Assembly (NCBI GenBank): GCA_973895155.1
Contig: OZ316891.1
Location: 5,985,708 to 6,049,707 of the forward strand
DNA: 64,000 nt
From: Marsupella aquatica
Lineage: Eukaryota > Plantae > Marchantiophyta
Direction of reading: 5' to 3'
Shown here: piece by piece, positions 63,501 through 64,000 of the stretch
Layout of the letters: each line of letters begins with the position of its first letter
How positions within the stretch are numbered: position 1 is the first letter of the stretch
Program-made: the position numbers and the translations under genes
Notes under the pieces: generated by a model
Database searches by the model: none
What the model was told of the DNA's origin: nothing
The model's input: the letters and a program-made list of their open reading frames with translations, nothing else

Positions 63501-63990
63501 CATTCTTAAGCTTTGTATCGTCTTTGGGAGATGCCAAATTCTTACCTGGATAAATGGCTGGCGACTAACATGAAAAAAGTAACACAAGGTTCTGGCAATA
63601 AATTAGCCAAAAATAAAATAAGACAAGATTTATGACTCAATTATTTAGTCATATACCTATGTTGTCTGGCAAATGGGGTTAATCAATGACCAGATCTAAT
63701 GGCGCTCTTTGAATCTACACAAATGAGAATGGTCGAAAAACCTACGACCAAACTAGTCCTCCCAGAGCAATGAAGAGTCGCTACCGGACCTCCCCAGATT
63801 CATTAATTAAGACGGTGGTTCCTTTCATAAATTATTGAGATCGTATTGTCCATGTTTTCAAGTGAGTGTGATCTCGTTGTTGTCACTCCCATTGTAAGTT
63901 CACCAGCCTAATCACAGCAGGGTCGCCATACAGTACACGTCAATGCAATGGATAAATTCTGCTGCTCTCCAAGTCCCATTCTGTATCAAA
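60600..63990. repeat. Segmental duplication of 34375-37460 plus 40470-40690
   Basis: Non-coding flanks align: 60600-60690 with 34375-34472, 60688-60950 with 34755-35025, 62603-63230 with 36654-37460, and 63730-63990 with 40470-40690. Confidence 0.85.
60954..62603 (-). CDS. AT-hook-like + coiled-coil + IRKI/GIL1-type C-terminal domain protein (copy B)
   Basis: 549-aa intronless ORF aligning end to end with copy A (KRGRARK, FRGDLEEVHNADIA, VWLLHKLAFSFERPATVL, KVGFMIDPGLRLNGETI). Confidence 0.82.
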   Translation of the reverse strand: MASIVVKRGRARKPPPDECHEFDEQDTSPPPTRSKRSVSKKYVGPNRNREGIPLQCGTGMANVNTDVSIRGANGMADMESVPSSQPDQSTMPHPDVVDCGLRKSICLQSCLLEQIQHVVHNRRMSCRVKFTSIEKEVRQFRGDLEEVHNADIAILNHAHAAEILRVKLECQSLQEKLSVEQKEKRLLQKNNEELNLKYRLCGQEIEGFEAGMLAKLERLKKFHKGLAQATQNSADGVKHRCKRLRLGRGNQINSDHSLEVLVKVQKSSGGDESSEKLQPKQSNRDHNIQNAICGFYADGAPKPTHLNMDMSGTTAAVATFQKILLDCLRTRPELSLDEPAVFLVRPQHSSHYFKSLVMRAFFEGFEEETFNTRYGVSRFPDPNRRHEMFYEYYLLEREKKSDTIEDPQFEMFCEMKVCSILWKLFPVCDGDRSVVNFLDELGGPDLLSSFKSAAKTVWLLHKLAFSFERPATVLKVEDGADWDPKHMKSTIVQLDDDERLVPKVGFMIDPGLRLNGETIMQCEIYFAKGPTPLPVLSEVVYRRKQTHRS

Positions 63991-64000
63991 GTAGATGTAG

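Overview
Eukaryotic, intron-containing land-plant DNA; gene style and repeats suggest a bryophyte, possibly a liverwort (inferred, not provable here). The left third has three conserved genes: an MKP1-type MAP kinase phosphatase (-), a 12-exon KU80 (+) with an apparent U12-type minor intron, and a SOSS-B/NABP ssDNA-binding protein (-). The rest is repeat-rich. It holds CRE-like non-LTR fragments, an internally deleted Ty1/copia element with intact LTRs/PBS/PPT/TSD, a non-autonomous LTR element whose PBS matches the 5' half of tRNA-Ile, a GC-rich TIR element with an 8-bp TSD, a tRNA-derived SINE head and minisatellites. Embedded in it are four intronless accessory genes: two paralogous AT-hook/coiled-coil/IRKI-GIL1-type genes on a ~26-kb-spaced duplication, an HSPA12-type Hsp70 divergent from the first, and a small secreted fungal-like protein. 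The best candidate for a new system is the head-to-head pair of an atypical Hsp70 and a protein whose C-terminus resembles the GrpE beta-domain, both with basic, nuclear-type N-termini. All identifications come from motif recognition by eye; no searches were run.
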